The notes: a model not told the origin generated them from the sequence alone. Positions 1-9,675 are shown, counted from the stretch's first letter. The stretch: 45,359 nt of DNA from an uncultured Selenomonadaceae bacterium (GCA_905234045.1 CAJOGS010000002.1:1-45359), one strand, 5' to 3'. Program-made: numbers and translations.

Positions 1-653
1 AAAAAATTTTCCGCAGTTCAATTTCACTCAAAGAAAAAGAAATGCCGCTGAAATATGATCACGAAGTTACAGAAAAAATCGGCTTGGTAAAAATGTTCCC
101 GCTTGCCATACCGAAAGAAAAATTGCGCGGAAATATTGCGTATCTTACGGCTTGCGCGTTGGCAATTTGCGCCTATAACAATTCAAATCGCGCTGTTGTA
201 ATGTGTACTCACTACGGGCGAAACAATAATCTTGCAATGAATTCAGTAGGACTTTTTTTAAATCGTTATCCGATAATGCTTGTCAAGGAAGAAGGCGACA
301 CGCCGGAGATGCTCCTTGCCAAAGTTCATGAACAGGTTAGTTTTGCGGAGGCGCACATAAATTATCCGTATTTCAAAGGAAATCTTGAAAATCAAGAGCG
401 ACTTGTGCGCTTTATCTATCACCAAGATATAACGAAAATGGGCGACTTTGAAAAGCTGATAAAAAAATGGGCTGTCCCCGAAACTGACAGCGCGGTTGCA
501 GACAGTCTTTTCGGCGTCAGTATTCTTGATGACAGTTCGCAAGAAAATTTTATTTTTATCGTGCGTTATGCTTGCAATGCTTACGACGAATCAAGTATGG
601 AAAAATATCGCAAACTGTTTTACGACGCGGCGGAATATCTTGCAGGAAATTAA
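1..653 (+). CDS. NRPS-type module, 3' fragment (C-terminal part of a condensation domain); the gene begins upstream of the window
   Basis: The reading frame stays open back to base 3 (KIFRSSISLKEKEMPLKYD...). The last ~200 aa are a close paralogue of the C-terminus of the next gene (MFPLAIPKEKLRGNIAYLTACALA vs MFPISIPKEKLRGNVAYLTACALA; both end DAAEYLAG). Confidence 0.75.
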   Translation, partial: KIFRSSISLKEKEMPLKYDHEVTEKIGLVKMFPLAIPKEKLRGNIAYLTACALAICAYNNSNRAVVMCTHYGRNNNLAMNSVGLFLNRYPIMLVKEEGDTPEMLLAKVHEQVSFAEAHINYPYFKGNLENQERLVRFIYHQDITKMGDFEKLIKKWAVPETDSAVADSLFGVSILDDSSQENFIFIVRYACNAYDESSMEKYRKLFYDAAEYLAGN

Positions 654-678
654 TTATCACGAAGAAGGAAATTTTAAT

Positions 679-3639
679 ATGAAGTACACATATTTTAAAA
701 AACACGAATACGACAAAAGGCAAACGGTAATTTCATTGCTGGAAAAGTCAATGAAAGAGAACAGCGAAAAAATTGCCATAGTTTATAAAGAAAGACGTAT
801 AAGTTACGGGGAATTAGATAAACTTACCGACAAAATTGCAAATTTTTTGAGAAAACAAGGCGCGGGCAAAGAAAAAGTAGTTTCGATGACAGTAGCAGCA
901 ATCGGCGCGTTAAAAGCGGGTTGCGCGTATCAGCCGTTAGATCCGTCATATCCTGATGAAAGATTGGAATTTATGGCGGAAGATTCAGAGGCAGTGGCAC
1001 TGATAACAGATGAAAAACTCGGCAAAAGACTTTCAAAATTTTGCGGCGCAGTTTTAGACATAAAAAATATTGAAAACCTTGAAACGCCGCCCGCCACAGA
1101 AAATAAAATTTCGCCTGAAGATTTATTTATTTTGCTGTATACAAGCGGCTCAACGGGTATTCCAAAGGGCGTAATGTTGGAACATAAAAATCTTGTGGCG
1201 TTCATTGATTGGTACAGCCGTTATTATTCGTTAAGCAATGAAAGCCGTGTTGCGGCGTATGCTTCATTTGGATTTGATGCAAATATGATGGATACATATC
1301 CGATATTGTGCGCGGGCGGACAACTGCACATAATAAGCGAAGAAATTCGCATGGATTTTCCAAAGTTGCACAGATATTTTGAAGAAAATAAAATCACGCA
1401 TGCATTTATGACAACGCAAGTCGGCAGACAATATGCCAAAATGTACCCCGAAAGTTTGTCGTTAAAATATTTATCTGCGGGCGGGGAAAAATTGGTACCG
1501 ATTGAGCCGCCGCAATATAATTTTTATAACGCTTACGGTCCGACAGAATGTACAATTTTTTCTACGATTTTTAAAGTTGACAGATTATATAAAAATGTTC
1601 CGATAGGTTATCCGTTGGAAAATTTGAAATTGTATGTGGTTGACGAAAAAGGCGAACAAGTGGAAAACGGCGAAGAAGGGGAACTTTGGATTTCGGGGGC
1701 GCAAGTGGCAAGAGGATATTTTAAACGCGCCGAAAAAAATGCCGAAGTTTTTATAAAAAATCCATTTTCAGATGAAGAGGAATTTAGCCGAGTTTATCGC
1801 ACGGGGGATATTGTGCGCGGTTGCGACGACGGGAAAATAGAATTTGTAGGACGTCGAGACGGACAAGTAAAGATTCGGGGTTTTAGAATTGAACTTTCAG
1901 AAATTGAGGAAGTAATTCGCCGTTTTGAAGGCGTGAAAGATGCAACGGTTGCCGCCTTTGAAAAAACTTCGGGCGGAAAATATATAGTGGCGTATGTTGT
2001 AGGCGATAAAAAAATTTCAGTCGAAGAATTGAATAAATTTATTTCAGAAAGAAAACCGCCGTATATGTTGCCGACATTTACAATTCAAATTGAAAAAATT
2101 CCTTTGAATCAAAATCAAAAAGTTGACAAAAAAAAATTGCCCGTACCCGAATATAAATCTGAAGATTATGAAGCCGCCGAAACAGAAACCGAAAAATTTA
2201 TTTGCGAAAAAATGGCTCTTGCACTCGGCGCGGAAATTGTCGGCGTCAACGATGATTTCTTTAAAATAGGCGGCGATTCAATAACGACAATAATGCTGAT
2301 TACAGAATGTGCAAACCCGGGTATAAATATTTCGTCGATTTATCAGTATCGAACGCCGCGTAAATTGGCGGCTTATTGCGACAGTCTCGGCGAAGTTGAC
2401 ACTGTGGAAGATATTCGCAGAAAAAATTTTGACGCCATGAAAAAATCTCATTCGCTTACACTTGCACACGCCGTAAATATGAAAATGCAAATGGAAGATA
2501 AAAGCGGCGTGGCTTGCAATGTCCCGCGCCTGTTTACTTTGAATGATGAAATTGATTTAAATCGAATTAAAGACGCCGTTAATAAAGTTATGGCACATCA
2601 CCCCGCGCTCAGAATAAAATTTTTTGTGGACGAAAACGGCGAATACAAACAAATTTACGATGAATCACTTTTCACGCCGATTAAAATTACAAATTTGACT
2701 GATGAAGAATTTGAAACGCTGAAAAATAATTTGGTTAAGACTTTTGAATTGATTGGGAAAAATTTTTGGCGCGGCGAAATTTATAAGACACCTTCAGCTG
2801 CGTATCTGTTTTTGGATTTTCATCACATAATCAGCGACGGTTTTTCAATTCAAATAATTTTCAACGAAATTTACGCCTGCTATCAAGATTCAGAAAAAAA
2901 ATTGGCGGAGGATTTTTATTTTTATCTGCTTGATGCGCCGTTACGCGCCAAAGGTACAAAAAATTATGAAGAGGCGGCGGAATATTGCAAAAAAATTTTC
3001 TTCAGTTCGGATTCATTGACGCCGAAAGAAATTTCTTTGAAACCTGATAAATTTGAAACGAAATGGACAGGCGCGGTAAAAATGTTTCCGATTTCAATAC
3101 CGAAAGAAAAATTGCGCGGAAATGTTGCATATCTTACGGCTTGCGCGTTGGCAGTTTGTGAATATAACAATTCAAGCCGCGCTGTCGTTCGTTTCACTCA
3201 TTACGGGCGAAATAATAATTTTGCAATGAATTCAGTAGGACTTTTCGCCGACATGTACCCGATTATGTTTGTCAAGGAAGAAGGCGACACGCCGGAAACG
3301 CTTATTGCAAAAGTACAAGCGCAGGTTAATTTTGTCGAATCACATTTGGAATTTCCATATTTTGAAAATATTGATTCTCAAAATATTGTTCGGTTCATCT
3401 ATCACAAAAACATAACGGATATTGGAAAAATTGCCGAATTGATAAAAAATTCGATCGAACTTGACACAAACAACGGCGACGCTACCGACAGTCTTTTCGG
3501 TGTCAGTGTTGCCGATGAAAATTCAATGCCGAATTTGATTTTTATCGAACGTTACGCAGGTAATTGTTATACTGAAGAAAGTGAAGAAAAATTCCGCAAG
3601 CTGTTTTTTGACGCGGCGGAATATCTTGCAGGTAAATGA
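679..3639 (+). CDS. Stand-alone NRPS module, adenylation - thiolation - condensation (A-T-C)
   Basis: ATG at 679 follows GAAGGAA; the track start at 496 lies inside the previous gene. A-domain motifs: LKAGCAYQPLD, LLYTSGSTGIPKGV, NAYGPTE, YRTGD, GRRDGQVKIRGFRIEL, QKVDKKKL. Carrier motif FFKIGGDSI. Condensation motif HHIISDGFS. Confidence 0.85.
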   Translation: MKYTYFKKHEYDKRQTVISLLEKSMKENSEKIAIVYKERRISYGELDKLTDKIANFLRKQGAGKEKVVSMTVAAIGALKAGCAYQPLDPSYPDERLEFMAEDSEAVALITDEKLGKRLSKFCGAVLDIKNIENLETPPATENKISPEDLFILLYTSGSTGIPKGVMLEHKNLVAFIDWYSRYYSLSNESRVAAYASFGFDANMMDTYPILCAGGQLHIISEEIRMDFPKLHRYFEENKITHAFMTTQVGRQYAKMYPESLSLKYLSAGGEKLVPIEPPQYNFYNAYGPTECTIFSTIFKVDRLYKNVPIGYPLENLKLYVVDEKGEQVENGEEGELWISGAQVARGYFKRAEKNAEVFIKNPFSDEEEFSRVYRTGDIVRGCDDGKIEFVGRRDGQVKIRGFRIELSEIEEVIRRFEGVKDATVAAFEKTSGGKYIVAYVVGDKKISVEELNKFISERKPPYMLPTFTIQIEKIPLNQNQKVDKKKLPVPEYKSEDYEAAETETEKFICEKMALALGAEIVGVNDDFFKIGGDSITTIMLITECANPGINISSIYQYRTPRKLAAYCDSLGEVDTVEDIRRKNFDAMKKSHSLTLAHAVNMKMQMEDKSGVACNVPRLFTLNDEIDLNRIKDAVNKVMAHHPALRIKFFVDENGEYKQIYDESLFTPIKITNLTDEEFETLKNNLVKTFELIGKNFWRGEIYKTPSAAYLFLDFHHIISDGFSIQIIFNEIYACYQDSEKKLAEDFYFYLLDAPLRAKGTKNYEEAAEYCKKIFFSSDSLTPKEISLKPDKFETKWTGAVKMFPISIPKEKLRGNVAYLTACALAVCEYNNSSRAVVRFTHYGRNNNFAMNSVGLFADMYPIMFVKEEGDTPETLIAKVQAQVNFVESHLEFPYFENIDSQNIVRFIYHKNITDIGKIAELIKNSIELDTNNGDATDSLFGVSVADENSMPNLIFIERYAGNCYTEESEEKFRKLFFDAAEYLAGK

Positions 3640-5390
3640 TGAAAAAAACTTTTATTGCCAATTATATAAATCGAATGTTGCCATCAATAATCGCAGGGCA
3701 AATTATTTTGACAATTTGCACGGTAATTGACGCGGCTTTGACGGGGCAATTTTTGGGCGCGGAGGCAGTGGCGGCTGAAGGAATGGTTACGCCTGTTCTT
3801 GTGATTGTTATTGCCTTCGCCAGCATTATGTCAGCAGGAAATTCTACAATTTGCAGTAACGAATCAGGCAAAGGCAATGTTGACGAAATTAACAAAGTTT
3901 TTTCAACAACGCTTGCAGTATCGCTCGGCTTTTCTGTTGCTTTTGCGGTTACGGCGTTATTTTTTGCGTCGCCGATATGTCAAATATTGGGACTTACGCC
4001 AAGTACCGGGCTTTTCTCGGCAACAATGGATTATATGTTCGGTTATGTTCCGGTTATGCCGATAATCGCTGTAATTATGATAATTCCGGCAATTTTACAA
4101 ATTGAAGGCGATAACAAAACCGTTGTAATTGCGGGAATTTTGGTTTTAGTTTTGGATATTGTTTTTGATATTTTAAATATTTTTGTCTTTGAAGGCGGAG
4201 TATTTGGAATGGCGTTGGCAACCACTTTGAGCTATTATGCGGCAGGTGTGGTTGTGCTTGTCAGTTTTTTTGGCAAAAAACGCACGATAAAATTTTCTTT
4301 AGCTTATGTGGAAATTCGGCGCGTCGGAAAAATTTTATCTTACGGGACGCCATATTTTATAAATGCGCTGTGTCTCGGCTTGACGACCGCCGCAATTAAC
4401 GGGGCATTTTTACAATATGGTTCTGAAATGTACGTTGCCGCTTATACCGTTGTTGCAAGAATCGGCGAAATTCTTTTGTGTTTCGGAAACGGCATGGGCG
4501 AAATGACTGCAACTGTTTCGGGAATTGCAAACGGCGAAGAAGACCGAGAAAGTCTCAAAGAAATTCTGCAAATTATGTGCCGAAAATCTTTAGTGATTAA
4601 TTCAGTGTTGATTGTCATAACGTGTATTTTTTCCGCAATGTCGGTTAAAATTTTTACAGATGATTTAACGATTATTGATTTGGCTGATTTCGGCTTGAAA
4701 GTTTTTGTTCTGCAGTTTGTTTTTCGCAGTTTAATTTTATGTTATGTAGGATATTTGCGCGGATTAAAAAAATTTATGGCGGGCAATATCATTTTAATTT
4801 TTATGGCGGTAAGTGTGGCGGCGGTTGCGTGGCTTGCGCCTTTGATATTCGGCGCAAATTCCATTTGGTACAGTTACCCTGCCGCCGCCGCGTTGAGTTT
4901 AATTTTTGTGATTTTCTTTGTAGGTTTTTCGACGAAAGAAACGCCTTTTTCATGGGACAATTTAATTTTAAAGCCTAATTCTTACGGCATATCGAAAGAA
5001 AATTTTCTGGAATGGAAAATTTTTGATATAAAAAATCTTTGCAAAAGCTGTGAAGCGGCGGCAGATTTTGTAAAAATTCACGGCGGCAGTAAACGCCAAA
5101 TTTTTCTGTTGCCGCTTTTTATGGAAGAGTTGGGCAAAAATGTTTTGTCATGGGCTTTCAAAGACAAGAAGGAGCACAATCTGACAATAAAAATTATGTA
5201 CACTTCAGAGGGATTTACTTTGCGTTTCAGAGATGACGGCATACAATTCGATCCTGCAGAATATTACCGAATCCATAAAGGCGAAAATCCATCAGAAAAT
5301 TTCGGTATTCGCATGGTTTTTGCCATGAATCCCGAAGTAAATTATCTTAACACAATGAATTTAAATAATCTGATTATCAAATTAAAATGA
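3636..5390 (+). CDS. MATE-like polytopic exporter fused to a C-terminal SpoIIAB/RsbW-like (GHKL) ATPase domain
   Basis: The start overlaps the NRPS stop (ATGA). The first ~440 aa are a run of about 12 hydrophobic helices with a MATE-like N-terminus. The last ~130 aa (HNLTIKIMYTSEGFTLRFRDDGIQFDP...FGIRMVF) resemble anti-sigma-factor-type kinase domains. Confidence 0.6.
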   Translation: MMKKTFIANYINRMLPSIIAGQIILTICTVIDAALTGQFLGAEAVAAEGMVTPVLVIVIAFASIMSAGNSTICSNESGKGNVDEINKVFSTTLAVSLGFSVAFAVTALFFASPICQILGLTPSTGLFSATMDYMFGYVPVMPIIAVIMIIPAILQIEGDNKTVVIAGILVLVLDIVFDILNIFVFEGGVFGMALATTLSYYAAGVVVLVSFFGKKRTIKFSLAYVEIRRVGKILSYGTPYFINALCLGLTTAAINGAFLQYGSEMYVAAYTVVARIGEILLCFGNGMGEMTATVSGIANGEEDRESLKEILQIMCRKSLVINSVLIVITCIFSAMSVKIFTDDLTIIDLADFGLKVFVLQFVFRSLILCYVGYLRGLKKFMAGNIILIFMAVSVAAVAWLAPLIFGANSIWYSYPAAAALSLIFVIFFVGFSTKETPFSWDNLILKPNSYGISKENFLEWKIFDIKNLCKSCEAAADFVKIHGGSKRQIFLLPLFMEELGKNVLSWAFKDKKEHNLTIKIMYTSEGFTLRFRDDGIQFDPAEYYRIHKGENPSENFGIRMVFAMNPEVNYLNTMNLNNLIIKLK

Positions 5391-5411
5391 CGTGTTAATT
5401 TTCAGCATAAT

Positions 5412-5442
5412 AAAAAAATCCCGAATCTTGCCGGGATTTTTT
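5412..5442. terminator. Bidirectional rho-independent terminator between convergent genes
   Basis: AAAAAAATCCCG-aatcttgc-CGGGATTTTTT: a GC stem flanked by an A run and a T run. Confidence 0.7.
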
Positions 5443-5507
5443 AGTGTGATAGTGTGGTAGTGTTGTAGTTTGATAGTAAATTACTATAACACTACTCAAC
5501 TATCCAA

Positions 5508-8408
5508 CTAAATATCTTTCAAAATTTTTTTAAGACTTTCAATATAAATCGGCGATTCAAAAGATTGCAAAATTTGTAAGCCGACAATTTCGCCGTATTG
5601 TAAAGCATACACCATTAAAGGGAACGAGGCGGGAATTTTTTGTTTAAACGATTTAACAAATTTTGAAACATCATCAGCCAAAACTTTTCCCATGTAGTTT
5701 GCAAAAATATCAGTTTGCGTTTTGTAATCTGAAATTATTTTCAAGCGTTCCGAATTGTCATTTGTGGTGAAAAATTTTTTTAATTTGTTTGTGAACGCCG
5801 CCAAATTTTCATAGTTGTATTGATCGGAAAAATCTTTTTTGACATTTTCAAATGTGTCGCCGGAAATTTCGCCGTTCAAAAATTGCGGTTCAAAATTCAA
5901 AAAAATATGCGGTATACCGGCATTTTGAAAAGTATTCGGCACTTGCAAAGGTATTCTGGTATTTACCGGACCTCTGACGGCGATAATTTTTTTATTTTCG
6001 GTATGAACTTTTTGAACTGCCTCAGCCAATAAAAACGATACGGCAATTTGAGCCGAGATTTCATATTTTTGGCAGAAGTCGTTAAATTTTTTTGCGGGAA
6101 TTTCAATAAAATTTTCAGTAGTTTTGCCGTCAACAGAATCAATTTCAGGCGGTACAAAATGATTTTCAACCATGTAATTTTTCGGCGCGTAACCTTCAGG
6201 CAACGGCAAATTTTCCGCCATTAAATCAGCCACAAAATCAATTTCATTTGCGCCCGCGTAAAAAGTTTTTTCCTTGCCGAAATAAAAATCAAGTACCGCT
6301 TGAACAAAACAATTTATGCCAAATCCGTCCGTTAAAATGTGGCTGAAGTTAAAAATAATTTTGTCGTCGTCAAATGCCACAGAAACATAATGGCGATTGT
6401 TTTCAGCCGTTCCAAAATTTTCAAGCGTTCCCGCCCTGTGTACAAGGAGCGGCAAATTATTTTTTTGGAAGAAAATTTTTTCGTCACTGTTGGAAATTTC
6501 AAAATTCACGTAAGGACAAATTTTAACGGCTTTATTCACGGCGTCTTGAAGTCGCACGGGATTAATTTTCTCAGTCAAAATAATTTCGATTGAAGGACTC
6601 ATTGAAATTTTTTTGATATTCTCTTCCTTGAGCGCAAAAAATTTGCTGTACATTGAAGAAATTGTACCCGTGTTCAGATAATTTTGGTGCGCCGCTTTTA
6701 TCGCAGGGAAAATTTTTTCTTTTATTTCTTGCGCGGGCGAAAATTTTTTAACGCTGATAAAATTTTTATTTTCATCACAAAACGCCGCCAATTTTTCAGG
6801 CGTGCGATATTTATAAACGTCGGCACTTTGAATTGAAAAATTTTCACATTCGGTAACAAGTAAAATTGTTTTCAAAGAGTCGCCGCCCATTTGATAAAAA
6901 TCAGCGTTGCGGCTGAATTTTTCGACGCCTAAAACTTTTGACATTTTTTCGCAAATAAATTTTTCAGTCTCAGTAACAGGCGGAAAATATTCGCAAAAAA
7001 TTTTTTTAATTTTCGGCGCGGGAAAAAGTTTTCTGCTAACTTTGCCGTTTGCATTTGTCGGGAAATTTTCCAGCGTAATAAAATGGTCGGGAATCATATA
7101 TTGCGGCAAAAATTTTGAAAAATTTTCACGAAGTGCGGAAATATTTTTTTCGTCGAATTTGTCGCCAATTTCAGAAATCAAACCGTAAAGTGCAATAAAA
7201 GCAAAGCCGTTATCAGAAAAACCTTTGGCAATGATATTTTTAACGCCGAGAATTTTTTTTGCAACAATTTCAATTTCAAGCGGTTCAACGCGGTTGCCGT
7301 GAATTTTAATCATATCGTCTTTTCGCCCGCCGATAATCAAATTGCCGTGTTCGTCTTTGTAACCTAAGTCGCCGCTGTGAAATATGCCGCCTTTGAAAAT
7401 TTCGGCAGTTTTTTCCGGAAGATTTATATAGCCGCGAAAATACGGATTGTCAAAACAAATTTCTCCTTGTTCGCCGTTCGGTACAGGTTGCCCGTCATCA
7501 TTCAAAATTGAAATTTCAGAACCGAGAAAATTTTTTCCGACAGGCGTTTTGTGGTACGGTTTATTGACGTTGAAAGCCGAGACCAAAAAAGCCGTTTCGC
7601 TCATGCCGTAATCATTTATTAAAATGACATTCGGGAAATAAATATCACTTACATTGTCGCCGCCTGTGTAAATTATTCGCATATTTGGCGGAACATTTTT
7701 AAAAAATTTCAACAACGAAGGCGAAATAAAAATTTCTGAAATTTTTTCATCGGCGATAATTTTACCGAGAGAATTAAAATCTTTTATGATTTCGTAAGAC
7801 AAAATATAAAAACTGTTGCCGAAATAAAAATGCGGAATCCACCACATAAAAAAAACAACAAAATTCATCGGATAAGTGGCGGCGTGAATATAATTTTTGC
7901 CATATTCAAAATTTGGAGTCACAAAATAATTTTGAATACAAAAATTCAATTTGCCATATTCATGAAGTGCGCCTTTAGGGTTGCCGGTCGTGCCTGAAGT
8001 GTAAACTGCAAAACAAGCGTCATTCGGATTAGTTTTTTCGTAGCCGCTCAAAGTTTCGCCCGCCAACATTTCATTATAAATATTTTCGTCGATAACAATT
8101 TTGGCGTTGCAATCTTTTCTGATGTACTCAACGCGCTCGGCGGGATAATCTTTTTCAGTGATTGTACCTGCCGCACCTGCGCGCCAAATTCCAATCATGG
8201 CAACAATAATTTTGGAACCGCGCGGCAAATTTATCAAAACAAAATCTTCTTTGCCGACGTTGTGATTTTTCAAGTAAGAATAGATTTTCCCCGACAAATT
8301 CCAGAGTTCGCCATAAGTTACAGGCTCTTTTTTATGGTCAAGTGCAACCGCCAAACGATCCGAAAAATTTATGCAATTTTTTTCAAGTTGTTCAATAAAC
8401 GGCATCAT
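5508..8408 (-). CDS. Stand-alone NRPS module, A-T-C (divergent from the plus-strand paralogues)
   Basis: ATG at 8408 lies 8 nt after GAGGA and 10 nt after the upstream stop; the track start at 8435 is a TTG inside the previous gene. Motifs: VYTSGTTGNPKGA, NDYGMSETA, FHSGDLG, GRKDDMIKIHGNRVEPLEIE, NGKVSRK. Carrier motif FYQMGGDSLKT. Condensation motif variant SHILTDGFG. Confidence 0.85.
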   Translation of the reverse strand: MMPFIEQLEKNCINFSDRLAVALDHKKEPVTYGELWNLSGKIYSYLKNHNVGKEDFVLINLPRGSKIIVAMIGIWRAGAAGTITEKDYPAERVEYIRKDCNAKIVIDENIYNEMLAGETLSGYEKTNPNDACFAVYTSGTTGNPKGALHEYGKLNFCIQNYFVTPNFEYGKNYIHAATYPMNFVVFFMWWIPHFYFGNSFYILSYEIIKDFNSLGKIIADEKISEIFISPSLLKFFKNVPPNMRIIYTGGDNVSDIYFPNVILINDYGMSETAFLVSAFNVNKPYHKTPVGKNFLGSEISILNDDGQPVPNGEQGEICFDNPYFRGYINLPEKTAEIFKGGIFHSGDLGYKDEHGNLIIGGRKDDMIKIHGNRVEPLEIEIVAKKILGVKNIIAKGFSDNGFAFIALYGLISEIGDKFDEKNISALRENFSKFLPQYMIPDHFITLENFPTNANGKVSRKLFPAPKIKKIFCEYFPPVTETEKFICEKMSKVLGVEKFSRNADFYQMGGDSLKTILLVTECENFSIQSADVYKYRTPEKLAAFCDENKNFISVKKFSPAQEIKEKIFPAIKAAHQNYLNTGTISSMYSKFFALKEENIKKISMSPSIEIILTEKINPVRLQDAVNKAVKICPYVNFEISNSDEKIFFQKNNLPLLVHRAGTLENFGTAENNRHYVSVAFDDDKIIFNFSHILTDGFGINCFVQAVLDFYFGKEKTFYAGANEIDFVADLMAENLPLPEGYAPKNYMVENHFVPPEIDSVDGKTTENFIEIPAKKFNDFCQKYEISAQIAVSFLLAEAVQKVHTENKKIIAVRGPVNTRIPLQVPNTFQNAGIPHIFLNFEPQFLNGEISGDTFENVKKDFSDQYNYENLAAFTNKLKKFFTTNDNSERLKIISDYKTQTDIFANYMGKVLADDVSKFVKSFKQKIPASFPLMVYALQYGEIVGLQILQSFESPIYIESLKKILKDI

Positions 8409-8418
8409 AAATTTATCC

Positions 8419-9675
8419 TCATTTCCAAATTTCAAGTGCTTTAATCAATTCGTCTAAATTTTTTTCTTTCAATTTCGCCAAGAAATAGCGAATAAATTTT
8501 ACTTTTCCCGCAATTTTTTCGGCGTTTCCTTTAAATATGTTGCAAAGATCTATTAAAACGTCTATGTATCTGAAAGTGCCGTAAAATTCCACAAGTTCCA
8601 AGATTGAATTTTTTTCTTCCTGCGAATAATCCGCAAAATAACCGTTGAAAAATTTATTCCAAATAATATCAGCGTCGGCAGTCGAAAAAGCAATTAATTT
8701 GAAATAAAATTCTTCGTAAGTCATTTTGCCGTTAATGTCGTACAAATCATCAGCTACTTTCAAGTCGGTACGAGGCATAATTTGATAGATAAAATTTATA
8801 TTGGCAATGTCCCAAAGAGGGTGTCCGCAACTAAATTCGTCCATGTCAATTAAAATCGGATTGCCTTCAGCCATCATAATATTTTTTGCGTGGAAATCGC
8901 CGTGAACGGCGGTATTTCTGACAGGCACGGCGTTAATATATTTTTTAATGGTTTCAATTTCTTCCGGCAACAAAAGATTTTCTACAGAATTTAATTTTGA
9001 AAGCAGCATTCTATTTCGGCTGCGAATTTCTTCTTCTTCAAAATTTGTACTTGCAAGAGTTTTTGAAAGTTCAACCATAGTGCCTATATATTCGTCAATT
9101 TTTTCGGGATTTTCTTGAATCAGTTGTGATATAAGATTAGATGTCAGCAACTCAAGAACTGCGCCGACGCCTTTTTCTGTTTCCACAATCTCAAACGGCA
9201 TTATTGTCGGTATATCATGTTTAAAAGCAATTCGCATTACGTCAAGCAATTTTTTAACTTCGTACTTTGAATTAATGTTGCGAAAAACTTTAAGAATCAA
9301 TTCTTCATTAATACGGTAAACTGAACCGTACATTCCCGCCCCCAACAGTTTCAAAGAATTTAAATCAACGCGGCGCATTTTTTTAAAAACCCTAATGAAA
9401 TTAATCATTCCCGTAAATTCAAAAATATTGTATACGTCTTCAGAAACACCGAATACGGCAATTCGCTTATTTCTGAAATTTTTTACCAATTTAAAAATTA
9501 CACGAAGTCCGAGCGATGAAATATAAGTTAAATCATTTGCATCAAGATAAATTTCTTTTGCCTCGTTAAGTTGTTCAATCGCAAATAAATTTTTTTCAAA
9601 AGCCATATAATTTTCCGTGTTGATTATTTTCGGCAAAACTATAAGTAAATCTCTATCGGAATAATAAAAATTCAT
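8419..9675 (-). CDS. STAS (anti-sigma-antagonist-like) domain fused to an APH/choline-kinase-type phosphotransferase
   Basis: The N-terminal ~100 aa carry the SpoIIAA-like motif DLTYISSLGLRVIF. A kinase fold follows: G-loop LGAGMYGSVY, lysine in ILKVF, catalytic loop HGDFHAKNIMM, metal loop LIDMDEF. Confidence 0.65.
   Translation of the reverse strand: MNFYYSDRDLLIVLPKIINTENYMAFEKNLFAIEQLNEAKEIYLDANDLTYISSLGLRVIFKLVKNFRNKRIAVFGVSEDVYNIFEFTGMINFIRVFKKMRRVDLNSLKLLGAGMYGSVYRINEELILKVFRNINSKYEVKKLLDVMRIAFKHDIPTIMPFEIVETEKGVGAVLELLTSNLISQLIQENPEKIDEYIGTMVELSKTLASTNFEEEEIRSRNRMLLSKLNSVENLLLPEEIETIKKYINAVPVRNTAVHGDFHAKNIMMAEGNPILIDMDEFSCGHPLWDIANINFIYQIMPRTDLKVADDLYDINGKMTYEEFYFKLIAFSTADADIIWNKFFNGYFADYSQEEKNSILELVEFYGTFRYIDVLIDLCNIFKGNAEKIAGKVKFIRYFLAKLKEKNLDELIKALEIWK

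Noticed and set aside
496-678. N-terminal extension of the NRPS ORF as called in the track (start at 496)
   Set aside because: It overlaps the 3' end of the preceding gene in another frame. Its sequence (MQTVFSASVFLMTVRKK...) is unlike any A-domain N-terminus. A good SD-ATG lies at 679, just after the upstream stop.
8419-9675. The STAS/kinase fusion as the missing PpkA-type kinase of the T6SS-like locus
   Set aside because: It has APH/choline-kinase-type motifs (HGDFHAKN) rather than Hanks-type Ser/Thr kinase motifs. It belongs to a different operon about 7 kb from the nearest gene of the locus and over 20 kb from the FHA/PP2C genes, and it is translationally linked to an NRPS gene.
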